Assembly: GCA_040768745.1 (NCBI GenBank)
Contig: JAXGMI010000001.1
Span: 1-64,000, forward strand
Reading direction: 5' to 3'
Length of the DNA: 64,000 nt
From: Desulfomicrobium sp.
Lineage (GTDB): Bacteria; Desulfobacterota; Desulfovibrionia; Desulfovibrionales; Desulfomicrobiaceae
Part shown: piece by piece, positions 18,310 to 28,330 of the stretch
How the letters are laid out: each line of letters opens with the position of its first letter
Numbering within the stretch: the first letter of the stretch is position 1
Made by a program: the position numbers and the translations under genes
The notes under the pieces: generated by a model
The model's database searches: none
Told to the model about the DNA's origin: nothing
Seen by the model: only the letters and a program-made list of their open reading frames with translations

Positions 18310-21300
18310 ATGGCTAATTTTTCACGGCGAGGGTTCTTGAAACTGACCGGGGCGGGCGTCACTGCCTTGTCCCTGGGACAACTGGGATTCGATCTGCGGC
18401 CCGCCTATGCCTATGCAAAGGCGCTGAAGATCGAGGGAGCCAAGGAAGTCATTTCGGTTTGTGGCTTCTGCTCCTGCGGATGTGAAATCATCATGCACAT
18501 CAAAGATGGGAAAATCATCAGCTCCGAAGGCAACGCGGATTATCCCGTCAGCGAAGGCGCCCTGTGCGCCAAGGGTGCGGCGTTCTACAGCATGCACGTC
18601 AGCGACCACCGCGTGCTGAAGCCCAAGTATCGCGCCCCCGGCAGCGCCAAGTGGGAAGAGAAGGACTGGGACTGGATGCTGGACAAGATCGCGCGCAAGA
18701 TCAAGGACACGCGCGACAAGGATTTCATGCTCAAAAACGACAAGGGCCAGACGGTGAACCGCTGGGAAACCTACTTCCAGCTGGGCACCTCCCAGATGGA
18801 CAACGAAGAGTGCGCCGTCACACATCAGATGTGCCGGGCCCTGGGAGGCGTATACATCGATCATCAGGCCCGGGTCTGACACGCTCCGACTGTACCGGCT
18901 CTGGCAGAGTCGTTCGGACGCGGCGCGATGACCCAGCATTGGATCGACATCAAGAACGCCAATGCTGTTTTGATTATGGGCAGCAATGCTGCTGAACACC
19001 ATCCCATTTCCTTCAAATGGGTGATGAAGGCCAAGGAAGCGGGGGCCGCGGTGATCCACGTGGATCCGAAATTCTCGCGCACATCGGCCAGGAGCGATCT
19101 GCACGTCCCGCTCAGAAGCGGCACGGACATCGCCTTCCTCGGCGGCATGGTCAAGTACATCCTGGAAAAGGACCTCATCCAGAAAGAGTACGTCACCGAA
19201 TACACCAACGCCTCCTTCATCCTCGGTGACGACTACAAATTCGAGGACGGCCTCTTCTCCGGATTCGACCCTGAGAAAAAGAAATACGATCAGAAGAAAT
19301 GGGCCTTTGCCAAGGACGAAAACGGCGTGTCCAAGCGGGACAAGACCCTGCAGGATCCCCGTTGCGTCTACCAGTTGCTCAAAAAGCACTACGAGCGCTA
19401 CGACCTGGACACCGTTTCCTCCATCACTGGTGTGTCCAAGGAAAATCTGCTGAAAGTTTACGAAGTGTATTCCGCCACGGGCAAACCCGACAAGGCCGGC
19501 ACCATCATGTACGCCCTGGGCTGGACCCAGCACTCCGTGGGCGTGCAGAACATCCGCCTGGGCGCCATGGTCCAGCTCCTGCTGGGCAACATCGGCATTG
19601 CCGGCGGCGGCGTCAACGCCCTGCGCGGCGAACCCAATGTCCAGGGCTCCACTGACCACGCCCTGCTGTGGCACATCATCCCCGGCTACAACAACACGCC
19701 CACAACCGCTTGGCCGACTCTGGACGACTACCTGAAGGCCAACACCCCGGTCACCAAGGACCCCAAGAGCGTGAACTGGTGGCAGAACCGCCCCAAATAT
19801 GTGGTCAGCCTGCTGAAGGGCTGGTTCGGCGACAACGCCACCCCCGAGAACGGGTTCTGCTACGACCTGCTGCCCAAGCTTGAGCCTGGTGTGAAGTATT
19901 CGAGCATGTTCATGTTTGATCGGATGTACGCGGGCAAGATGAAGGGCGGCATCATGTTCGGCCACAACCCGGCCATGAGCTTCCCCAACACGCACAAGGT
20001 CCGCGCCGCTCTGCAGAAGCTGGACTGGCTGGTCATGGGCGAGGTGCACGACACGGAAACCTGCTCCTTCTGGCGCGGCCCTGGCGTGGACCCGAAAAAG
20101 GTCCAGACCGAGGTTTTCCTCCTGCCCTCCTGCCAGCGCGGCGAAAAGGACGGCACCACCTCCAATTCCGGCCGCTGGCACCAGTGGCACCACAAGGGCT
20201 ACGAGCCCCTGGGCCAGAGCAAGTCCATGGGCTGGATCGTGGTCGAGATCATGAAGAAGGTGCGGGCCCTGTACGAAAAGGAAAAAGGCACGTTCCCCGA
20301 GGGCATCCTGACCCACGACTGGATCAAGGAATACGACGCCGAGGAAATGGCCATGCGCATCAACGGCCGTTTCACCAAGGACGTGACCATCAAGGACAAG
20401 ACCTACAAAAAGGGCGATCACGTGCCCAGCTTCCCGAGCCTGCAGGCCGACGGTTCCACCTCCAGCCTGAACTGGCTCTACTGCGGCTGCTACCCGGAAC
20501 CAGGCAAGAACCTGGCCAAACGCCGCGACCACACCCAGACGCCCATGCAGGCCAAGATCGGTCTGTTCCCGAACTACACCTGGGCCTGGCCCGTGAACCG
20601 ACGCATCATCTACAACCGCGCTTCCGTGGACGTGAACGGCAAGCCCTTCAACCCCGCGCTGCCGGTCATCGCCTGGGAAGACGGCAAATGGATCGGTGAC
20701 ATCCCGGACGGTCCCGCTCCGCCCATGGCCATGGAAAAAGGCGTGTACCCCTTCATCATGCACACCGAGGGACACGCCCAGCTCTTTGGTCCCGGCCGCG
20801 TGGACGGCCCCTTCCCGGAACACTACGAGCCGGTCGAGACGCCCGTAACGAAAAACCCGTTCTCCAGTCAGCTCAGCAATCCATGCGTGGATCTGTTCTC
20901 GAGCGACAAGGACGTGTACACCAAACCCGGGGACCCGAACTTCCCCATCGTACTCACCACCTACAGCATGACCGAGCACTGGTGCGGCGGCGGCGACACG
21001 CGCAACACCCCGTACCTGTTGGAGGCCGAACCGCAGCTCTACGTGGAGATGAGCCACGAACTGGCGGGGGAAAAGGGCATCAAGAATGGCGATCCGGTGA
21101 TCGTGGAAAGTGCCCGCGGCAAGGTCGAGGCCATCGCCATGGTCACGGTCCGCATCACCCCGTTCACGGTGCAGGGCAAGACCGTGCACCTCATCGGCAT
21201 GCCCTTCTGCTTTGGCTGGACCACGCCCGGTGTGGGCGACGCCACCAACCGCCTCCTTCCGTCCGTGGGCGAGCCCAACGTGACAATTCCGGAGTACAAG

Positions 21301-21354
21301 GCGTGTCTGGTGAACATCCGCAAGGCCGACAAGGTCAAGGAACTGGCCATCTAA
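18310..21354 (+). CDS. fdnG: Periplasmic formate dehydrogenase alpha subunit, selenocysteine-containing (UGA at 18877-18879)
   Basis: Tat SRRGFLK and CGFCSCGC. DHQARV-UGA-HAPTVPALAESFGRGAM continues in frame into ORF 18928..21354. Confidence 0.95.
18880..18920 (+). promoter_or_regulatory. Bacterial SECIS hairpin
   Basis: CGACT-gtaccggctctggcag-AGTCG stem just 3' of the UGA. It is not conserved in the Cys paralog. Confidence 0.75.
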
Positions 21355-21369
21355 GCAGGGAGGAACATT

Positions 21370-22134
21370 ATGCCGAAGACCATCCTAATCGATACCACCC
21401 GCTGCACGGCCTGCCGTGGCTGTCAGGTGGCGTGCAAGCAGTGGCACGGTCACGAGGCCGTGCCCACCAAACAGACCGGCACCCATCAGAATCCGCCGGA
21501 TCTGACCCCCAATAACTTCAAACTGGTCCGCTTTTCGGAACAGAAGATTGACGGCCGCGTCTGGTGGCTCTTCTTCCCGGAACAGTGCCGGCATTGCCTG
21601 CAGCCCGCCTGCAAGGCCACGTCGGACAACTACGTGGACGGGGCCATTGTGCAGGACGAAGCGACAGGCATCGTCGTCTGCACGGAGAAGACCAAAGAAC
21701 TGACCGCGGAACAGTGCACCGAGATCATCGATGCCTGCCCCTACAACATCCCCCGCCGCAATGATAAGACCGGGGAGCTGACCAAGTGTGATATGTGCAT
21801 CGACCGGGTCAAGGCTGGACTCGTGCCCATGTGCGTCAAGTCGTGCTGCACCGGCGCCATGAACTTTGGCGAGCGCGAGGACATGCTCAAACTGGCCGAG
21901 CAGCGTCTGGCCAAGATCAAAGGGGAGTTCCCCAAGTCGGACTTCGAAGCCATGGTCTGGTGCGATGTGAGCCAGACCTGCTCGATGCTGGACCAGGACG
22001 ACCTGAACGTCATCTACCTGCTGGCCCTGCCGCGGGAAATGTACCACAAGTTCGCCCGCAAGGAGTCGAAACCCCTGAACCGGGCCGACTTCCTGGCCAC
22101 CCTTACCCAGCCTTTGCGCAGCATCATGGGATAA
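21370..22134 (+). CDS. fdnH: Formate dehydrogenase beta (Fe-S) subunit
   Basis: CTACRGCQVACK, CRHCLQPAC, CPYNIP, KCDMC..PMCVKSC. Confidence 0.92.
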   Translation: MPKTILIDTTRCTACRGCQVACKQWHGHEAVPTKQTGTHQNPPDLTPNNFKLVRFSEQKIDGRVWWLFFPEQCRHCLQPACKATSDNYVDGAIVQDEATGIVVCTEKTKELTAEQCTEIIDACPYNIPRRNDKTGELTKCDMCIDRVKAGLVPMCVKSCCTGAMNFGEREDMLKLAEQRLAKIKGEFPKSDFEAMVWCDVSQTCSMLDQDDLNVIYLLALPREMYHKFARKESKPLNRADFLATLTQPLRSIMG

Positions 22135-22149
22135 TTGGATCCATCATCT

Positions 22150-22180
22150 GGGCCCGCCGGAAAACCGGCGGGCCCCTTTT
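22150..22180 (+). terminator. GC hairpin between beta and fdhE (an equivalent sits at 27287-27317)
   Basis: GGGCCCGCCGG-AAAA-CCGGCGGGCCC-CTTTT. Confidence 0.6.
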
Positions 22181-22194
22181 CACAAGGAGCACAC

Positions 22195-23130
22195 ATGCCG
22201 TCCACCAGGGCCACGGACAAGAAGAAAGCTTTGACAGAAATGGCGAAACGTCTCGATCCGTTCCACGAAATCATCGACCGCTTCGGTCTGCTCCTCACTG
22301 AACAGGCTGAAATCCGCGACACCCTGGAGCCCGCAGAGCTTGGCAAGTTCGTGGTGGAGGAGGAACGATTTCTGAACGGGGAGCCGCTGACCAGCTTCCT
22401 GGATTCCGATCAGTTCGCGGAATCCTTCAGGAAGGCGGCCTCAGGCGTGTGGCCCCTGCTGGGCATGACCTTCCCGACCCTGTCCGAGACCCTCAGCGGT
22501 CTGGAAAAACTGCTTGAAAACGACGGACCCTGGACCTCCCTCTGCCTGCGGGCCGTTGTCCACGGCGATGCCGAGGCCCTTGAAACGGCTGCCGGACAGG
22601 CCGCGGTCAGTCCCGATTTTCTGCTCATTGCCCTGCGTGCGGCCTATGCCCCCTGCGTCGCCGCCCACAAGCAGGCCCTGACCGCCCTGGCACCTGTGGA
22701 GCTCTGGCGCAAGGCCTACTGTCCGGTCTGCGGATCAGACCCTGACGTGTCGGTTCTGGAAAACCATCCCGACCCGTCTGATTTTCTGGTTTCCAAGAGT
22801 GGCGAGGTTTGGCACCACTGCCCGATTTGCACACACCGCTGGCGTTTCGTGCGCGTGGTCTGTCCAGGCTGCGGGAACCAGGACCACAAGCAGTTGACGC
22901 GTTTTTCCCTGTCCGACAACGCCCATGAGCAAATCTACACCTGTGAAAAATGCCGCCAATACCTGCCGTGTCTGAATCTGGTCGAAAGAACCGAGGCGGT
23001 GGATTATGACCTGATCGCGCTGGGCCTCATCCATCTTGATGCCGCAGCCCAGGCCAAAGGCTATGTACCCCTCTCCCCAGCCCCGTGGGTCGCGCTGGGG
23101 CTTGCCGAAGATCAGGCCGAAACTTCCTGA
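22195..23130 (+). CDS. fdhE: Formate dehydrogenase accessory protein FdhE
   Basis: CPVCGS, CPICTHRW, CPGCGN, CEKC. AAGGAG RBS. Confidence 0.9.
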   Translation: MPSTRATDKKKALTEMAKRLDPFHEIIDRFGLLLTEQAEIRDTLEPAELGKFVVEEERFLNGEPLTSFLDSDQFAESFRKAASGVWPLLGMTFPTLSETLSGLEKLLENDGPWTSLCLRAVVHGDAEALETAAGQAAVSPDFLLIALRAAYAPCVAAHKQALTALAPVELWRKAYCPVCGSDPDVSVLENHPDPSDFLVSKSGEVWHHCPICTHRWRFVRVVCPGCGNQDHKQLTRFSLSDNAHEQIYTCEKCRQYLPCLNLVERTEAVDYDLIALGLIHLDAAAQAKGYVPLSPAPWVALGLAEDQAETS

Positions 23131-23194
23131 AAATTTTGCCTCCTCCCAATGGTGAGACCGTCAGCGGATTGGGCGATCCGCTGGCGGTCGTTTT
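22612..23194 (+). repeat. 583-bp direct repeat, copy 1
   Basis: Matches 27748-28330. The one mismatch seen is 23149 A vs 28285 G. Confidence 0.9.
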
Positions 23195-23447
23195 TTGTGG
23201 TCCAAACAGCGGTGAGGCCTTCGGAATCGACACAGTGCCGGTTCGCCGTGTGCCGGGAATGCGGCTATTCCGTTGGGAGCAACGCACGCAGGTTTCAAAC
23301 ACAGCGCACTGAAAATTATAAGATAGAAATATTAAATTTAACATATTGACGATTCCTATCAATGGTTTCACATGGAGGGCAAATCCGTACTGTCCAGTGG
23401 AGGGTAGCATACGGAGTTCTCACCATTCCAACCTCAAGGAGGAAATC

Positions 23448-26400
23448 ATGGAATTGTCACGTCGAGGGTTTCTCAAGGCGACCGGAGTCGGAGTGACCGG
23501 CTTGGCTCTTGGTCAACTTGGGCTCGATCTCCGTCCACTTCAGGCTTATGCGGCCAGCATGAAGATCGAGGGTGCCAAGGAGGCCATCTCCATCTGCCCG
23601 TTCTGTTCCTGCGGTTGCAACGTCATCGTTCATTCCAAGGATGGCAAGATCATCAACGTCGAGGGTGATCCTGATTTTCCCGTCAGTGGCGGGGGGCTTT
23701 GTGCAAAAGGCGCTTCGCTCAAATCCCTGCACACCAGTCCCAACCGCTTGACAAAGCCCTTGTACCGCGCCCCGGGCAGCGACAAGTGGGAGGAAAAGGA
23801 CTGGGATTGGATGATGGAACGGATCGCCAAACGCATCAAGGACCAGCGAGACAAGGATTTCAAGGAAAAAAATGCGGCCGGTCAGACCGTCAATCGGCTG
23901 GAAAGCGTCTTCCACCTCGGATCGTCTCAGGTCACCAACGAGGAGGCCGCTGTCCTGCATCAGATGGTCCGTGCCTTCGGCATCGTCCATTTCGACCATC
24001 AGGCCCGCATTTGTCACAGCCCGTCGGTCCCGGCCTTGGCCGAATGCTTCGGCCGCGGGGCTATGACCAACCATTACAACGACATAGGCAACGCCGACGC
24101 CATCCTGATCATGGGCAGCAACGCGGCCGAGCATCATCCGATGTCCTTCAAATGGTGTCTGGAAGCCAAGCGGAACAACGGCGCGATCATCATGCATGTG
24201 GACCCGAAGTTTTCGCGAACCTCGGCCCGCAGTGACATCCATGTGCCCATCCGTTCCGGCACGGATATCGCCGTCCTTGGCGGCATGGTTCGCTACATCC
24301 TCGAAAACAAGAAGTATTTTGCGGAGTATGTGACCGAATATACCAACGCGTCCTTCCTGGTCGGCGAAAAATATTCATTCAAGGATGGCATGTTCTCTGG
24401 CTTCGACGAAAAGAAGGGAAAGTACGACAAGAGCTACTGGGCATTCGAGAAGGATGAGAAGGGCATGGTCAAGCGCGACAAAACACTTCAGCATCCTCGT
24501 TGCGTCATCAACATCATGCGCGACCACTATGATCGCTACACACTGGACCGTGTGTCCTCCGTGACCGGCGTGTCCAAGGACGACCTGCTCAAGATCTACG
24601 AGGTGTTCACGGCCACGGCCGCTCCGGACAAGGCCGGCACCATCCTCTACGCCCTGGGGTGGACCCAGCATTCCGTGGGCGTGCAGAACATCCGCCTGTC
24701 TGGTCTGATTCAGCAGCTCCTGGGCAATATCGGCATCGCGGGCGGCGGTATCAACGCCATGCGCGGCGAGCCCAACGTTCAGGGCACCACAGACCACGCC
24801 CTGCTCTACGGCTACCTGCCGGGTTATCACAGCACCCCGACGGCAAACTACCAGAAGTTGGATGACTACTTGAAAGCCTACACCCCGACCACTGCCGACC
24901 CGAAGAGCGTCAACTGGTGGAGCAACCGACCCAAGTATCTGATCAGCCTGCTCAAGTCATGGTACGGCGACTATGCCACCAAGGACAACGACTACTGCTT
25001 CAATCTTGTTCCGAAGATGGACCCGGGGGAGGATTATTCGCATCTGTACATCTTCGATCGCATGTACAAGGACCAGATCAAGGGCGGCCTCTGCTTTGGG
25101 CACAATCCCTGCCAGAGCATCCCGAACAGCAACAAGGTTCGCAAGGCCTGGGACAAGCTCGACTGGCTGGTCGTGGGCGAGGTCTTCCACAATGAGACAA
25201 CGGACAACTGGCGTCGTCCGGGCGTAAATCCCAAGGACGTCAAGACCGAGGTCTTTCTGCTGCCGTCGGCGTACCGCGCTGAAAAGGACGGAACCATATC
25301 CAATTCCGGCCGTTGGCAGATGTGGCACTACAAGGCCGTCGAGCCTTTGGGAAAGAGCCGCGACATGGGCACCATCTTCGTCGAGATGATGAACCGTGTC
25401 CGCGATCTCTACGCCAAGGAAGGAGGCGCTTTTCCCGAGCCCATCGTCAAGGCCGACTATCCGAAGACGTTTGACGCGGAAACCATCACCAAACGCGTCA
25501 ACGGGTTCTTCACCCGGGATGTGGAAATCAAGGGCAAGGTCTACAAGAAGGGCCAGCTCGTTCCCGGCTTTCCGATGCTGCAGGACGATGGATCGACAAC
25601 AAGCATGTGCTGGGTCTATTGCGGCGGATTCACTGAGGAAGGCGGCAATCTGTCCAAGCGTCGCGACCTGACCCAGACCCCGCAACAGGCCAAGATCGGT
25701 CTGTATCCCGGATTCGCCTGGGCCTGGCCCATGAACCGGCGCATCCTCTACAACCGGGCCTCTGTGGATGTGCACGGCAAGCCCTACAATTCGGACCGGG
25801 TGGTCATCGAATGGAAGGATGGCAAGTGGGTCGGCGATGTAGCCGACGGTGCCTATCCGCCCATGGCCGAGGAAGGCGGCAAGTATCCCTTCATCATGAC
25901 GGTGGAAGGACATGCCCAGCTCTTTGGTCCGGGACGCGAGGACGGTCCGTTCCCCGAGCATTATGAGCCGGCCGAAACCCCGCTGACCGTGAATCCCTTC
26001 TCCGGGCAGATGCACAGCCCCGTCATGAAGGTCATCAAGAGCGACATGGATCAACTTGCCAAGCACGGCGATCCGCGCTTTCCCATTGTCCTGACCACGT
26101 ACAGCCTGGTCGATCACTGGTGCTCCGGTTCCGAAACACGCAACGCCGTGCCGCTCATCGAGGCCGAGCCGCAACAGTACGTGGAGATGAGCCACGAACT
26201 GGCCAAGGAAAAAGGCATCAAGAATGGTGACGTGGTCATTGTCGAGAGCCTGCGCGGCAAGACCGAGGCCGTGGCCATGGTTACGGTGCGCATCTCGCCA
26301 TTTACGGTGATGGGCAAGACCCTGCATTTGGTCGGCATGCCGTTCTGCTTCGGCTGGTCCAGGCCCAAGTGCGGAGACACCACCAACCGCGTGACCGTGT

Positions 26401-26486
26401 CCATTGGTGATCCCAATACGTCCATTCCGGAATACAAAGCCTGTCTGGTCAATCTGTACAAGGCCGACAAGGTCACGGAACTGTAA
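23448..26486 (+). CDS. fdnG: Periplasmic formate dehydrogenase alpha subunit, cysteine form
   Basis: Tat SRRGFLK and CPFCSCGC. DHQARICHSPS has TGT at 24012-24014. Confidence 0.95.
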   Translation: MELSRRGFLKATGVGVTGLALGQLGLDLRPLQAYAASMKIEGAKEAISICPFCSCGCNVIVHSKDGKIINVEGDPDFPVSGGGLCAKGASLKSLHTSPNRLTKPLYRAPGSDKWEEKDWDWMMERIAKRIKDQRDKDFKEKNAAGQTVNRLESVFHLGSSQVTNEEAAVLHQMVRAFGIVHFDHQARICHSPSVPALAECFGRGAMTNHYNDIGNADAILIMGSNAAEHHPMSFKWCLEAKRNNGAIIMHVDPKFSRTSARSDIHVPIRSGTDIAVLGGMVRYILENKKYFAEYVTEYTNASFLVGEKYSFKDGMFSGFDEKKGKYDKSYWAFEKDEKGMVKRDKTLQHPRCVINIMRDHYDRYTLDRVSSVTGVSKDDLLKIYEVFTATAAPDKAGTILYALGWTQHSVGVQNIRLSGLIQQLLGNIGIAGGGINAMRGEPNVQGTTDHALLYGYLPGYHSTPTANYQKLDDYLKAYTPTTADPKSVNWWSNRPKYLISLLKSWYGDYATKDNDYCFNLVPKMDPGEDYSHLYIFDRMYKDQIKGGLCFGHNPCQSIPNSNKVRKAWDKLDWLVVGEVFHNETTDNWRRPGVNPKDVKTEVFLLPSAYRAEKDGTISNSGRWQMWHYKAVEPLGKSRDMGTIFVEMMNRVRDLYAKEGGAFPEPIVKADYPKTFDAETITKRVNGFFTRDVEIKGKVYKKGQLVPGFPMLQDDGSTTSMCWVYCGGFTEEGGNLSKRRDLTQTPQQAKIGLYPGFAWAWPMNRRILYNRASVDVHGKPYNSDRVVIEWKDGKWVGDVADGAYPPMAEEGGKYPFIMTVEGHAQLFGPGREDGPFPEHYEPAETPLTVNPFSGQMHSPVMKVIKSDMDQLAKHGDPRFPIVLTTYSLVDHWCSGSETRNAVPLIEAEPQQYVEMSHELAKEKGIKNGDVVIVESLRGKTEAVAMVTVRISPFTVMGKTLHLVGMPFCFGWSRPKCGDTTNRVTVSIGDPNTSIPEYKACLVNLYKADKVTEL

Positions 26487-26501
26487 GAAGGAGAATTCAC
26501 A

Positions 26502-27272
26502 ATGCCCAAGGCAATTTTTGTTGATACGTCGCGTTGTACGGCCTGTCGGGGATGTCAGGCTGGGTGCAAGGAGTGGAAGGATTTCCCTGGTGTGCCTACC
26601 AAGCAGACCGGAACCCATCAGAATCCTCCGGATCTGAACCCCTATAACGTCAAACTGGTTCGCTTCAGTGAACACAAGATTGACGGCCGCGTTCATTGGC
26701 TCTTTTTCCCGGATCAGTGCCGCCACTGCCTGCAGCCAGCCTGCAAGGCCACGGCGGATATGTATGTGGAAGGAGCGATTGTGCAGGACGAAGCGACAGG
26801 CATTGTCGTCTGCACGGAAAAAACCAAGAAATTGACCAAGGAACAGTGCGACGAGATCATTGGCGCATGTCCATACAACATCCCGCGCCGTAATGATGAA
26901 ACGGGCGAGCTGGTCAAATGCGACATGTGCATCGATCGCGTCCAGGCGGGCCTCGTGCCCATGTGCGTGAAAAGCTGCGCCATGGGGGCCATGCACTTCG
27001 GGGAGCGCGAGGACATGCTTACCATGGCCAAGTTGCGTTTGACCAAGGCCCAGGCGGAGATCGACAGGCCGAAGTCCGAACTTGAGACCAAGATCGCCTG
27101 CGATGTGAACAAGAGCTGTACGATCCTCGACCAGGAAGATCTGGGCGTCATCTACTTTCTGGAGATGCCCAGGGAAATGTACCATCAGTATGCCGCCCGC
27201 GAAGTAAAGCCCCTGAACCGGGCCGATTTCCTGGCGGGTCTGACCAAGCCCTTCAAGAACATTCTGGGCTGA
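26502..27272 (+). CDS. fdnH: Formate dehydrogenase beta (Fe-S) subunit
   Basis: Paralog of 21370..22134 with the same Cys motifs. Confidence 0.92.
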   Translation: MPKAIFVDTSRCTACRGCQAGCKEWKDFPGVPTKQTGTHQNPPDLNPYNVKLVRFSEHKIDGRVHWLFFPDQCRHCLQPACKATADMYVEGAIVQDEATGIVVCTEKTKKLTKEQCDEIIGACPYNIPRRNDETGELVKCDMCIDRVQAGLVPMCVKSCAMGAMHFGEREDMLTMAKLRLTKAQAEIDRPKSELETKIACDVNKSCTILDQEDLGVIYFLEMPREMYHQYAAREVKPLNRADFLAGLTKPFKNILG

Positions 27273-27330
27273 CGCATTCATCAACCCGGCCCGCCGGAAT
27301 TCCGGCGGGCCGCTTTTCCAAAGAGCAGAC

Positions 27331-28266
27331 ATGCCGAGCACTGGAATTCAGACCAAGGAGAGCGCACTCAATCTCCTGGCCAAACGCCACGAACCCTTTC
27401 GCGAGATCATAGATCGCTTCGGTTTGCTGCTCTGCCGTCAGGCCGAGCTGCGGACAGAGCTTCCGCTTGCGGACATCGATAGTGTGACTGTGGACGAGGA
27501 TCGGTTTTTGGGCGGAGAGGCGCTGGTCAGCTTCGTGGACAGCGAGGCGTTCGTCCCGGCTTTCAAGGCGGCGGCATTGCGCGTTTGGCCCGTGACGGGC
27601 GTTATTTTTCCGGCTTTGGCCGACAGCCTGGCAGACCTTGGGCGGAAGCTGGACGCGGACCAGGCCTGGACCAACCTGTGTCTGAAGGCCGTTGTCCACG
27701 GCGATGCCGAGGCCCTGGATTCCGCAGCGGCCCAGGCCGGCATCAGCCCCGATTTTCTGCTCATTGCCCTGCGTGCGGCCTATGCCCCCTGCGTCGCCGC
27801 CCACAAGCAGGCCCTGACCGCCCTGGCACCTGTGGAGCTCTGGCGCAAGGCCTACTGTCCGGTCTGCGGATCAGACCCTGACGTGTCGGTTCTGGAAAAC
27901 CATCCCGACCCGTCTGATTTTCTGGTTTCCAAGAGTGGCGAGGTTTGGCACCACTGCCCGATTTGCACACACCGCTGGCGTTTCGTGCGCGTGGTCTGTC
28001 CAGGCTGCGGGAACCAGGACCACAAGCAGTTGACGCGTTTTTCCCTGTCCGACAACGCCCATGAGCAAATCTACACCTGTGAAAAATGCCGCCAATACCT
28101 GCCGTGTCTGAATCTGGTCGAAAGAACCGAGGCGGTGGATTATGACCTGATCGCGCTGGGCCTCATCCATCTTGATGCCGCAGCCCAGGCCAAAGGCTAT
28201 GTACCCCTCTCCCCAGCCCCGTGGGTCGCGCTGGGGCTTGCCGAAGATCAGGCCGAAACTTCCTGA
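27331..28266 (+). CDS. fdhE: Formate dehydrogenase accessory protein FdhE
   Basis: C-terminal half identical to the first FdhE. Confidence 0.9.
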   Translation: MPSTGIQTKESALNLLAKRHEPFREIIDRFGLLLCRQAELRTELPLADIDSVTVDEDRFLGGEALVSFVDSEAFVPAFKAAALRVWPVTGVIFPALADSLADLGRKLDADQAWTNLCLKAVVHGDAEALDSAAAQAGISPDFLLIALRAAYAPCVAAHKQALTALAPVELWRKAYCPVCGSDPDVSVLENHPDPSDFLVSKSGEVWHHCPICTHRWRFVRVVCPGCGNQDHKQLTRFSLSDNAHEQIYTCEKCRQYLPCLNLVERTEAVDYDLIALGLIHLDAAAQAKGYVPLSPAPWVALGLAEDQAETS

Positions 28267-28330
28267 AAATTTTGCCTCCTCCCAGTGGTGAGACCGTCAG
28301 CGGATTGGGCGATCCGCTGGCGGTCGTTTT
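27748..28330 (+). repeat. 583-bp direct repeat, copy 2
   Basis: Offset 5136 bp from copy 1. Includes the terminator hairpin GACCGTCAGCGGAT..ATCCGCTGGCGGTC. Confidence 0.9.

Noticed and set aside
18145..18879. FDH alpha as a nonsense pseudogene or split gene
   Set aside because: The UGA sits exactly at the Sec ligand position with a SECIS and an in-frame continuation.
23360..23447. Selenium-sensing leader peptide or Moco riboswitch before the Cys-FDH
   Set aside because: A TCCGTA/TACGGA stem exists, but I found no UGA-SECIS leader ORF or Moco consensus.
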